Positions 39,345 to 51,010 of a stretch of DNA of 64,000 nucleotides are shown here, piece by piece (the first letter of the stretch is position 1; each line of letters begins with the position of its first letter). Both the position numbers and the translations under genes were made by a program. Origin of the DNA: Ptychomitrium polyphyllum (lineage: Eukaryota); the NCBI GenBank assembly GCA_973851085.1, contig OZ316775.1, positions 20,336,001-20,400,000 on the forward strand. The letters are read 5' to 3'. The notes under the pieces are model-generated. The model did not search any database. It was not told where the DNA came from and worked only from the letters and a program-made list of their open reading frames with translations.

Positions 39345-40842
39345 GGCGCTCCCTAAAACCAGTTATCCAGACACTTATTTGGCTATTGCACTGAGTACCA
39401 AGCTCTGATTGTATGACCCCTATATCGATAAAAACGTTTTATAGGAGAGTACACAGAATGCTCTCCACTAGCTGCTGCTGATGAGGACACGTACAGTAAA
39501 GGGCACGATTGAGGAAATCCAATGATGAGGTAAACTTGGATTTCATTGATTCAAGTGAGCAGAACTGGAGATAAGATCGTACAGTTGAGATAAAAAAGAC
39601 GAATTTATCCTCGTGAAACTAAGAAATCCGCTCCGAACTAAGATTGGTATGGAAGAAGAGACGCTCAGAGTGAGGAATATGGTCCTATGAAGGACTTTCC
39701 AACAGTAGGTGATTCCTTGTGACTTTCAGAGGAAATTCATTGACGAGGAGATTACGACCTGGTGACTCATACGACGTCACAAAACTCCAAATTGTCAAGT
39801 ATTACAGTACAGGCTTGCTCTAGGTTATGTCATAGAATCTATTAGAAAATAGATAAAGTACCGCGATAAAGTGATAATACTCACCTAGGACCTACAAGCT
39901 TCTTCTAGCTCTTCTGCTCAGCTATCAAGTTGGCTGACGTTGATCCAGCAAATGTGTTCAATGCTTTCCATGTGCAAAGCACCGGAGCAAGATATTCAGA
40001 GATATTTAGAATTTTCGACCACTCATCAAAAGGAATTTTTCATAAATACAGCCTGATATATATCAACAATACAATCAGCAGCGAAGAATGACTAAATCGA
40101 TAAGTGATTCGACAAAGTTCACGCTAAAACCAACCTTGACAAGCATGTGAAAACACGCATACGGTAGTGTTAGTCGGAGGAACAGTTAGCATGCACACTG
40201 AAACAGAATAGACTCAGCAATGTTGCATGTTCAAACAAGCACATATAAAGACCTAGTATGTGGAGATTGTGATTGAAACCTTCTTTGGATAATTCATTCT
40301 GCAAATGCAGACCAACTTGACATAGCCTGGGGATTCAAAAATCTTGGTGGTTGCCGGCAGGCTCTACTACATCATACATTTCCGCATGCTCAATCGATAG
40401 CATATGTATTCTGGACGCGTAGATAAAGAATCGAGATCTGAAAACTATTGACCGTAATCCTGTTAGCTACTAGAAGTCTACCAGAGCATAGAACTGAACC
40501 AAAAGTTCTTAAGCGCAGCAAATTCTAAATTCGAGAACCCAGTTCATGAGTTCCTGGCTATGCACTTCAAGAGGTCATTAAGACCAGAAGCATGATTTAA
40601 ATACCCCCATCTGCGAGAAGCCATCTCCCAGCAGACATTTTCGATATTCTGATGAGCTAACAAAAGTAATCAATGCAACGGAAGAAACCTTGACTCAATA
40701 ATTTGTAATAGTCCCTGGAAGTTTGTCACCAAACCTCAAATATCTATGACTCGGCTCCAGATTTTCGACAATATTTTGGTGCAGCAGTATTCGTTCCTTA
40801 CTCGTACCATTCCTTAGAGCTACAATTTGTCTAGTGAATTGG

Positions 40843-41388
40843 TCAGTTCTGAGTGCCATCTGAAATGCCATTCGGAGATTCATCATCTGGGAAGTGAAAT
40901 CCAATGACACCCCTCTTCTCTCCTGTGCCAAGACACCGGGTGCAATAACTCATTCCACACCCTCGACAGTCCCAACACCACTGTGGCCACTCGCCTTTGG
41001 GCAACATAGCCTGATCCTTGAAGTTGAGACGCCCTCTTCCAGAACAGCGGTTGCACTTCACTCTCCCACCGCCTTTGCAGACTACACAAGGAGGGTCGGG
41101 CACAACTCGAGGCTCCAGTTTTACATTTTCTTCCGTCTTCACTTTCATGGTTCTAAACGGTCGTAACCATACACCTCCCATGAGGTTAAAACCCTCGTGG
41201 GCCGCCCGACCCTTCATGCGGAAATGCTTGCGACATGACCCAGCCCTGTGAAAGTCTAACCCTGTCACGCTCTTAGATGTCAAGAAAGAAGAGGACGCAG
41301 ATGCTAAATCCCGCACGTGCACCATCCCTGCTTGAGGAATTGACATGGCCAGTTGCAGAGGCAACAAACGGCTCCCTCTCGATATCAC
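40843..41388 (-). CDS. DnaJ-like cysteine-rich zinc-finger protein without a J domain, probably plastid-targeted
   Basis: Four CxxCxGxG repeats (CVVCKGGG, CNRCSGRG, CWDCRGCG, CTRCLGTG) follow a Ser/Arg-rich N-terminus. The true start may be a downstream ATG (MSIPQ). Confidence 0.85.
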   Translation of the reverse strand: MISRGSRLLPLQLAMSIPQAGMVHVRDLASASSSFLTSKSVTGLDFHRAGSCRKHFRMKGRAAHEGFNLMGGVWLRPFRTMKVKTEENVKLEPRVVPDPPCVVCKGGGRVKCNRCSGRGRLNFKDQAMLPKGEWPQWCWDCRGCGMSYCTRCLGTGEKRGVIGFHFPDDESPNGISDGTQN

Positions 41389-43586
41389 CCTTGATAACCT
41401 TGAGAATCAACTCTTCAAGTTGCATCCGCAGGATGACCAAAGTTCTTCTTAATAGCTCTAAAATCACAAACAAATTTTATTTGACAAAACCAGCGGGGCA
41501 GGAAAGAAGAGCACAAAGACTTGATTCTATAACACATTTCACTCCCTCGTCTTATGAGCTGCAATTAGAACCCTCATTCTAACCAGTATAGCGAGAATAG
41601 AATAAGAAGCTGCTAGACAAACCCGAAAATTAGACAAAAACTTCAGGTTTGCGCCCAGAAACATTATCCCAACCGAAAAACACTAGGAATTCTTCAATCT
41701 ATGAGTTAGAAAACAACTTGGAAACGAAAAGCTGGAGAATCCACAACACAAAGCGGTAAACGCTCATACATAACCACCAATATCCCAACCCTGCTCGTAA
41801 AAATCCCCTTGTCCACAATACAAACTGAAGCAACAAGTGTTAGAAGAATCAGGAGAATGGTTGCAAAAACCTGGCAGCGTTGATTGAGATTCACGACAGC
41901 CTCAGCCATCTCCACAATACTCGAAGCCTACATTAAAATCATCGCTCTCTCATGGCCATTGTCAGCGAAACAAAACTCGCACGATACAAGTGACCTCAAG
42001 AGATACGCAGAGAAAGAAACCCATGTGGGTGAGCTCAGCTGTGAGGTTGGGAGGCTTTGCGGCCTCGTGCAAGAAGAGACTCGGTTGAACAGAGTCATCA
42101 GGGATTTCGCTAACCGGGACATTCACGGAGCGAGGTGGTTTTGGATGTGTTCTTGCAATGAGGTTCTCGTCTGAAGATATGCATATCTAAAACATTTAAC
42201 ATCTACCAGGGGCATGCACTTTATTGAAAATTCTATAATTTCCATAGATAATGTCGGTTTCGTGTATGCTTCAGGTCCCGGAAAACGGAGCTGTGATGCG
42301 TCGTTGCGAAGTCATTGGTGAAGGTGGAAAATGGTGTGTAAAGTGCAGTTGGAACCCAATTTGTCTTCACGTTCCCTTACTGCAGCTAACTTCCCTGCTT
42401 CTCAAATGTCGATCATTCCATTAAGCTTCATACAAATTACTACTATATGCGAGACAGATATTGCGATGCACAACTTTATTAGTGTTCTGCTGTTTGCTGG
42501 CACCCTTTGCATTAGCAGTGATCGTGTGGACCGATGTGATGTGAAGGATTGAGATGGTTCTGGGCCCAAAAGTTGAAGCAGAGCATGCGCGTGGATTGTC
42601 AGGTTTATTGAAGGGTGGGAAGACAATGCAGCGAACTGGATGAAGAGGAGTTCTTGCAGGGAAGAGAGTAGGAGTGGTTGTTTTGAGCAGGTGCTTTAAA
42701 AGTGAGGTTTTGGAGTGATGCAAAGGATTTCTGGAGAATGTGATGTTGCAAAATGAGTTTTGTTCAGTTTTTAGATTGGTCTGTTGGAGAGAAGTGGTTT
42801 GAGAGCTTGGCGATCATGCACACATGCTACTCCTCTGATTAGGGATTAGGGCTTATTATGAATGTAGGTTTGTGACAGTAGACGTAGTGAAGTTGCAACT
42901 AGGATCAATGAGCACCGGTTGATTGGGAGGTTTGCTAACGAGTTTTGGCACAATCAGGCCCTGTTATGATTCTTCGTCCACAGAAAATCCTTGGAAGAAC
43001 TGATGGCCGGAACATGCACTGATATAGAAACTCATGTGCCATGGCCATTGTCTTCACCATTCTGGGTGCAATCAGGTTAACAGGATTTTTGTTTTGCACT
43101 GCACACGTGTATTAAGCTATCACCTGGTGTGGCATCGCCCTTACCAATGCTGAGTGCTGCCTCTCCTAAATGGGCCTCTCCTTGCGGTAATAGAACTTGC
43201 TGACTCTGCAATTTTAGATGGATAAGTGCGTTAGGGTGGGCGAATTAGGGTTCCTTGAAAATTAGATTCAACAATTACCGGTTCTCTACTGGGTGCAATG
43301 GACTTAGTAGCGAAGATGCTGTTGAAATATCGCCGTGTAAGCCGGTTGTTGAAAGCGCTACTTCAAGAACAGGGGCCGGAGTTTGATGCTGAGTTTGGGT
43401 TGCTTGGATTCTGGTTAGTTTTACTCGGAGTCTGGTTAGTGTCAAGTATTATCTCGTGCATTGCGATCGTGGACAAGTTAGAGTTAGATTTTTTGTGACT
43501 AGTGTCACATGTTCATGATGATATCGGACTACCCTCTCAAGATGTTTTGGCGTTAAGCGGAGAGGAGGGCAGGGAGAAAGAGGAAG

Positions 43587-45676
43587 ATGGCAACGGAGGT
43601 GGCTATTCCGCAGAAACAAGCGGAGATTTTGAAGAACCAGGGCGACATGTACTTCGAGAAGGACCGACTAGCGGCAACAATTGAGGCTTACACTGGTGTC
43701 TTCCTTTTGCTATTCTTTTTCTCAATTGACATACCTCTGTAATCATGCAGTTTGTGTTCTATTCTTCGTTGGTTACTGGATGTGAGTTGGGCTATCAGAC
43801 TAATGCACTTACAAATAAGGTCATACGTTAACATGTCAACAATATATCCAAAATTTTACATGGTAATATTTTAACAAATTTCAGTTGAGGGTGTTATGAG
43901 CAGGCATTAACTTTTTGTTCAAATGTATCTGTGTATTGGACCAACCGTGCACTCTACCATTGGAGACGCAAGTAAATTCAATGACCTTTTGCATATATAG
44001 TTCATGTTACGATACTGAATAGAACGGCCCTGAGAAATGTTTTTGTTTCATTGCTTAAAGAATGCTAATGTGAGTCATGATGAGTGCGATGATTAATCAA
44101 AGTGGTGGAATCTGTTACTCACACTTATTTCACTGATTTTGTTTTGACAGCGAGTGGGCAAATGTGGAAGAGGACTGTAAGAAAGCTCTGGAGCTGGACA
44201 ATACGTCTGTTAAGGCATTAATGAAATGATAAATAATCCTGATTTCAGAGCAATCAAATATAGCCTTACAATAAAATCGGACTCTGGCACCTCGTGCTGT
44301 GTTCTGGAAAAGAGTTATGCTGTAAACGAATTTTACCAATAGACATATAGATACGCAGAGATCAACCTGTTGATAATGGGTACTATAAGAATCTGCAAAC
44401 CTGGATTCTGAGGGTTATGATGGGTCGTTTATTATGAGAGATAAAGGAGACCTAAATTCTTGTCAGTTGATTGTAGGCGCACTATATGCTGGGATTGGCA
44501 CTGTTGCAAGGCGAAGAGTATGGGGACACTGTGAAGGAGCTTGAGAAGGTGTGCTTCTCTAGATTTTTTGAAACATCAGAATTTAATGGATAACCTTTTG
44601 CATCAACTGTTAAGGTTTAGTCTTACCTATAGAATACATTAGCTTACCACAAATCTGTACTTCTTGATGAATCATCCTAAATTGAAAGGGCTGAAATTGA
44701 ATGTGGAAAATTTCTATGGCATGTACATTTCTTTGCTTAGATTAAGGTACTGTATTCTATCCGAGTTGTATTTGATAATCAACTGTTGTACTAGTTGTCT
44801 CTTACGTCCAAACGGCTACATATCAAAGCAGTGTATAACCGAGGTATGTAAGGAGTCACAGAATATGTGGTGTCTACAGATATTGGATCTTGGAAGAGGA
44901 GGAATACCAGGTCACTATATGGTGAAGGAGATATTGCAATATCTAGCCAAGGCTCGGGTATACAGAGTGGGAACAAGGGGCTACAATCCGTTGTCGGCAT
45001 CAACCTGCATTGAAGTGCGTCTATATCTTGAGTTTTTTTGAGAATGAACGTAACTACGTCTAAGAAGACCTTACTTCACACAAAACATGATCTTCGATAA
45101 CTTCAATAATTAAGCGAAAGTTTCATCTCTTTCATGCATCCTTACAATAGAGTCTATCGTCAACTGATAAGAAGAGATTTATGCCTCTTAGAATTTGATG
45201 ATTTTCCTAAATTTAGCAAACCACGTCCGGAGATAATTGGTTGATTGTATTGGTGTCGTTTTCTGTGCCATGATCTATATTACATTGGGTTCTATCTTTT
45301 TGGAATACGAGACTGTGATTAGCACTGTGGATGCCGTCGTCCACTTGTAACATACCATACGAGCAGTGCACGTTATATTGAACACCAAATTTTGAGAGTG
45401 CCACGATGGTTTAAAACTGCTCAGTGTGCTGGATGCTAGGCAATTGTGCACTGATGGTTAAATGATGTCAGATTGATGCGCTCAGCCTCCCTAATGGAGT
45501 ATCAGAAACTTGTTGCATCTTGATAATTTCAGAACCTATCTGAGTTTTACTATGGCAAATTCGATCCATTGATACGAACGACACGCTACCCGAAGCAAGT
45601 TGTTCCTAATCTGGACCTCAAAGAAGCAGTCCAGGCATAACTGACGGATCATGGCTGGGCATACACGCAGGGGTAG
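43587..45676 (+). pseudogene. CHIP: CHIP-like (TPR + U-box) E3 ubiquitin ligase pseudogene, intron-containing
   Basis: Exons encode MATEVAIPQKQAEILKNQGDMYFEKDRLAATIEAYT (43587-), ALTFCSNVSVYWTNRALYH (~43904-43970), EWANVEEDCKKALELDNTSVK (44151-44214), AHYMLGLALLQ..ELEK (44477-44548), ILDLGRGG..YMVKEI..AKA followed by a frameshift (44880-), and GKFDPL..VVPNLDLKEAVQA*LTDHGWAY (45554-45676). In-frame TAA at 45638. Confidence 0.85.
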
Positions 45677-48600
45677 CCGTTAGTGAAAGAAGGGAAGCAG
45701 ATCGCTCAAAAGATGAGGCGTGTACAACTTAATACCATGGACTTGCTGAGGAGCTGGTATGAAATTGGGGGCGAACTCGAGGCCAATACTAATTATTCTA
45801 GATGAATGGCATTGGCCGTTGAACATTATTATCTCAATCTAAATTATTTCGTATCTACCTTGTAGGTTTGACTCTATTGTCATTCGTATGTTCTTCGCGA
45901 AATGCGTTCATGACGACCAGAAAGTATTTCGCCAAACCAGTTCAAGTCTGAGAAGGGTTGCCCAAACTTCCACGAACTTTAAGCTTGAAAATCAGTCTAG
46001 GACACTGGGATTGTAACAGAAAATCTATTAAATCACATGTTTAAGCAATGCCAATTGTCTGAAGTAACGTATGTGCAGCAGCTACAAGTGGTGCATCTCT
46101 TGTTTAAAACCGATTACCCAATGCCTGTGCTGTTTGCGCATCCTGAGGTCATCCAATGTCTATATCATGGCTGCTTTTGTGATTCAATCCACCTTGCTAT
46201 GATTATCTCAGTAGGCCATGAATAACTGCACGACATTGTGAGTGTTCAAAGCTTATGATATTCCTTATGCTGCCCATAGTTGCCGAGTCAGCCACCTTGT
46301 GCTGTACATCGCTGACTGCCTCATGATTTCTGTTGGAATGTAACTTGTACGGTTTAAGCAACTTTGCATTGAATAGCACCTTAGAAGATGAAGTCGGACG
46401 GTTATGACTAGTGATACAGTTGATGTCGACACTCTTATGTAAAATTGTTCTTTGATTATCATGACTTTGTTGTCATGACTTTTAGGCCTTTCTCCATTGG
46501 AGCTTTCTTTATTAGGAGTTATATGGAGACATGTTGGGGGTTTACTCCGTTTTGGATCATTCCGAGTCCCGACCCCTGGTTTTGAGGAATAACTGTACTT
46601 CATGGATTATTTGTTTAAAGCAGTTTATTGTTTTACAGGATTGCCTCACATGGCACTTGACCTTAGAAATGCCTTAGGAGACGGGGGGTTTACTCGAGGA
46701 TGACCCCCGACTTCTGCTTCGTTGATTAACATTGAAAACAGGAAAGTATCTATCAGTTCATAAAGCTCTCCAATTTAGATAGAAAAATCTGAGTATTAGG
46801 GCTTCCTCGACTCAATGCGCCAAGCCCCAGACAACAGTGTTTTCCAATGCCCATGAATTGAAGACTACACCATTCCGTTGCACTGACTCGATAGATCTGG
46901 CTAAATTTAGCATTGATTCCAGCAGTACAGAATAATATAGCTCTTGAATCTTGATTGGAGAGAGAGAATCACCTCAAGAAAAACCTATCGTGTTTGAAGA
47001 ATGTCCATTACACTAAAAATTCTCATTAGTGTGCATTTATTAGCATGATACTTAAAAGTGAAATTTTTTACCTTAAGCATGTGTAAAAGACATACAACAT
47101 GAATACTATTACTGTTAACACTATTAATATCAACACTCAAGTTAAATAATATATGCTAGAACCTTGCACAAATAAAATTAAAATTAAGACTCTAGTGCAG
47201 GTGAGACTTCCTTTTCAACATTTTTTCCCCTCCAGATATAAAATTGTAGCCTGGGACAATGTAGGTGCTTTTTACGTGGCTATTGAGTTTCTTTGATCAC
47301 ATGGCCCAGAAGGAAGGTTTCATCATATTTTGACATGTACAGGAGCGAGTCCTTGAGAATGACGCATCTGTTGGCATGTTGCAGACCGGCCTGCACCATC
47401 CCCAATGTTAAGGTAGGCCTAGAATCATGTCCCTCTTTGAGGCTACTGATAAGTAAACAGCCTCCAAGCGAAAGCAGCCTCAAGATGCAGGTCTTAGCTG
47501 ATCATGAAGAGTCAAGAGTTCTGTTATTTCAAGTGAAGAACAACCTTGCCATCACATGACATCACCATGATGCTATTTGAATGGCGGTACCAGGTTGTCT
47601 CCTTGTTGTTTCCTTTGTTTGTTCGGAAACAACAGGATTGACGAGAATTTTTTTTGGAAAACTGTGGAAAACACATAAGCAGGTATTGCGAAGTAAGACT
47701 TATAGGACATGGCGGGTTGCTCAAAGTCTCAGCATCTGTCATCCTGCGCCTCCTGAATCTAGATCAAACCAGAAACTCGAATCGTTCGAGGACCCGGGAG
47801 GGTTAGGTTGGTCGAATTTTCATGTCAAATGTGAGCAATATCATATCATAAGGAGTAGCCAGGGAGTAACGTAGACTGCATCGAAGTTTCACAAGATGTT
47901 TCTTTGGAACCGGTCCACGCATCAAGGAGGGTCCGCGGGCATAAATTGGCAAGACTTCGAGGACATGAGTTACACAGATGTAAGTTACAATCGATCTCAC
48001 TACACATCGCAAATCTAAGTATGCCACCTGTATCTGCCGTCGATGCTAAAAACCAACACTTTGTTCCTTTTTTAATTTAAAAATTGCACCCAATAACAAA
48101 TTCACTACTGTGCTCCTTGAAAAAGAATTGTTAAGAAAAAGAAAGTTGCACCAAGTCTGTTTTCAGCAAAAGTAGTTGAGAAGGTCCCATAAGTTATTGC
48201 AATAGCGAAAGGTCCCGGCTCTCTTATAAGTATATCATATGAAAGTAAGGTTTGAGCTAGAATAATCGTCCCAGCCAATGGCAACATTCCGAATATGACA
48301 CGACTCGTCAGAACGCAGTGCTTTCCATGTGGTCCCAAAAGTCAACTCCGCGTCGAAGCTTCCATGGAAAGACCTTTGTACTTGCACCACCTAAGAGCTT
48401 GGAAAGTACAACTGTAGTCTAGAAATGACGCAACTGGTGATGGGTCTCAATCATGGTAATTTCCGGGCTGAATATGTTGGAGCCTTGCTCGCCAAGAAAT
48501 CACATTGGAAGAAGTTTCACTAGGGCAGAATTTTCAGGAAGTCTTCGAAGCTGTAGGGGATCATCTGGTTGTCGCGTGATTGCAATGTAAGGAACAGGGG

Positions 48601-50016
48601 GTGCAAAACCCAGGCTTGGAAAATATCTAGCTCTTCTGAAGCAATGGATCAACATCAATTGGAGCACTATCGTTGTTCCAGACGTCTGCTTATATGTCGT
48701 GTCAATGAATAGTTCCATCACCAATGAAGTGTCTCAGCAGCTTCTAGAACAATTTTCCAGTAGGCTTCATAATTCCTCTGCTTAACTACTTACATGTACT
48801 CTGACTAGACAAGATTCGAAGATTTTAAGAAACAACTGCATGTGCAACTGAAAGGTGAACCAATTCTACCGCCAAAGACTGCTTGTCACCATTCAGTAGC
48901 CAATATATTTAATGTTGAATGTAGTCGGTTGGGTTGCTAATTTTGATCTATGTGATAATCAGAGTTCAGCCTTCGAAAGGGAATTTATCTGTATGTGCAG
49001 ATTCGGACAGAAATGCTAAAATTCTGTTGAGGAGCTTGTAGTCCGTGTAGTATCTCGACAATTTTAACCGAAGTCAATTGGGATTATTTCACCTCTGGTA
49101 GCTTGATGGACAAGGCTGCCGTGCGATTAGGCAGGCCGCAGGTCTAGTGAAGACCGAAAGTGGCGAATGAGTCGACGCTACAGGGAAGCCTTCCTTGGGC
49201 CCACGGAATCTAGGAATTGGAAGCAGGGGAATACCAAGATGTACCTTCATTCTGCAGGGGTTCTGCAAAATGGGGCAATATTAAACTATGTGTTATAAGC
49301 ATGCAGGTCCTGGAGCTTAGCAATGATGAACAGTACCAGCTCCACTAGACTTCCCTGATTGGCCCAGGGTTCCCGGGCAGGACGATATAAAGAAGTGCAG
49401 AGCCTGCAACCTTCAGGCAGCTGTTGTAGCAAGAGTGCTAGTCGATTGTTTCAAAGCAAACAAGGTTCGCGTAGCTACCACCGAAGTCAGTTCGTTTAGA
49501 CGTTCTTCTGAAGCCCGACTCAGCTACAGTGCATACAACCTGGTTTGAGAGTGGAGACTCTTCGCTTAAATGTTTTCAAGTCATTAAGCGCAACTAGAAT
49601 TGTTCTAGGTTCGGATATATGTGTTTTGCTCATATCGGTTTTATGAACTGAGGATACGTAGTCTAGCGATGCTTTGGCTCTTTGAGTCTGTTTATGCTTC
49701 ATCTAGGCTAATGTGTGTGGACGGCGTGATCATGCTACAGCAAGTAAATCTATCCAAATTACAAGTTTATTGTATTGGTCGAGAGTGCAGCACAGGCTAG
49801 AAAATGCGAGATTAGAACGGATCCTGCTATACTTGAGTGCTAGTCAAGCCAGGTTTCTTCAGTAACTTTCTCTAAAGACTAAAATAGAGTCGTGATCCAG
49901 ACTAGGGTGGCGGAAGCTTAAAGGAAGTGGGTGCAGTTTGGTATCTTAATTGGGCTTCCTCAGGTTACGTTGAAAACTTTTCAAATATATTTGAAACATA
50001 ATATTAAACAACAAAG

Positions 50017-50268
50017 ATGGCAGACGAGCTTTTTGAGGCTTTGGACGATCTTCCGGAATGGACGAACCTGCGGGAGCTACTGTCTGCGATCGAGGACCAG
50101 ATGGGTAGGAAAGTCCGCGAGCAGATTGAGGAAACGTTAGAGGATCGTGACGCCAACGAAGTGATCAATGTCCGAGAGCTCCTCTCTGACATCCAGGATG
50201 AGTTGGGCTCCTCCTACTTTGACTCCCTGTTGCACGACGAAACGGAAAGCGGAACGACCCAGGAATGA
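50017..50268 (+). CDS. Small acidic protein of unknown function (83 aa), paralog A
   Basis: ATG in a good context (caaagATGG) with GC-rich codons against AT-rich flanks. Aligns without gaps to the protein at 54085-54390. Candidate 5' UTR intron acceptor at ~49963 and TATA-like atataaag at ~49384. Confidence 0.75.
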   Translation: MADELFEALDDLPEWTNLRELLSAIEDQMGRKVREQIEETLEDRDANEVINVRELLSDIQDELGSSYFDSLLHDETESGTTQE

Positions 50269-50649
50269 GAAGATCCAAGACCCCAATCTTTGTCGACACG
50301 TTTCGCATGTGTCTAAGACTAGCATCTGAGGTCTCAAATGGTTACACAAAGATTTTGTTGTGCTCAAACTCTAACAAACTCATGATGCAACAAGTGTTGG
50401 AGATTTTTTTGTCAGTTAGTGATGTCACACTATAGTCTATCCACTTCGTAAAACTCACAGTATTGTAGAAATCATTCAGCTGGACTTATCATTGTTGAGC
50501 TCCGACTTGGCAATGTGATACTTACTTTTATTCAAACGACTTAGTTCTGATCAGTTTGTAGGACACATTACTTGGACAAGCTTTCATTTCATGTTATGAT
50601 TCAAGTTTTAGCTTTTCTTCACAGTGGGTGTCTTGGGCAGTGCAAACAA

Positions 50650-51010
50650 CTAAGAGATAGAAACCCATGCCACTCCTGCATGATAATCATAATTGTATTG
50701 AATTATCAATTCTTTGTCATGGACTTGAGTTTTTGTACGGACAAGTGAATCACTAATCATTGAAACATTGTTAAGATTTCATTTTAAGTAGTACAAAGCA
50801 TCAACTGTTAACTTGAGGAAAAGTGGCTCAACTAGGAGTATACAAACTCAAGGAACATGAAGGTTATGTACTATTTAAATGATTTTTTTTCAATGTTTCC
50901 ATAAAAAGTAATTCACTTGTTTGTACAAAAACTCAAATCCAAGACAAAGAATATTTAATTTAATATAATCACGGCTACCATGGAAGAATAATGTAGGTTT
51001 CTTATCTTAG
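50650..51010. repeat. ~360 bp degenerate palindrome (MITE/foldback-like)
   Basis: ttctttgtcatggacttgagtttttgtacggacaagtgaatcact (~50710-50754) versus the reverse complement of ~50908-50951. Pairing extends outwards to ctaagag..gaaacc and inwards to about 50830. Confidence 0.85.

Noticed and set aside
46526..46710. Short direct repeat ggagac..gggggtttactc
   Set aside because: Only ~20 bp in two copies with no associated structure.
47260..48740. Possible decayed gene fragments with splice-like signals
   Set aside because: No consistent frame or recognisable family could be built by eye.
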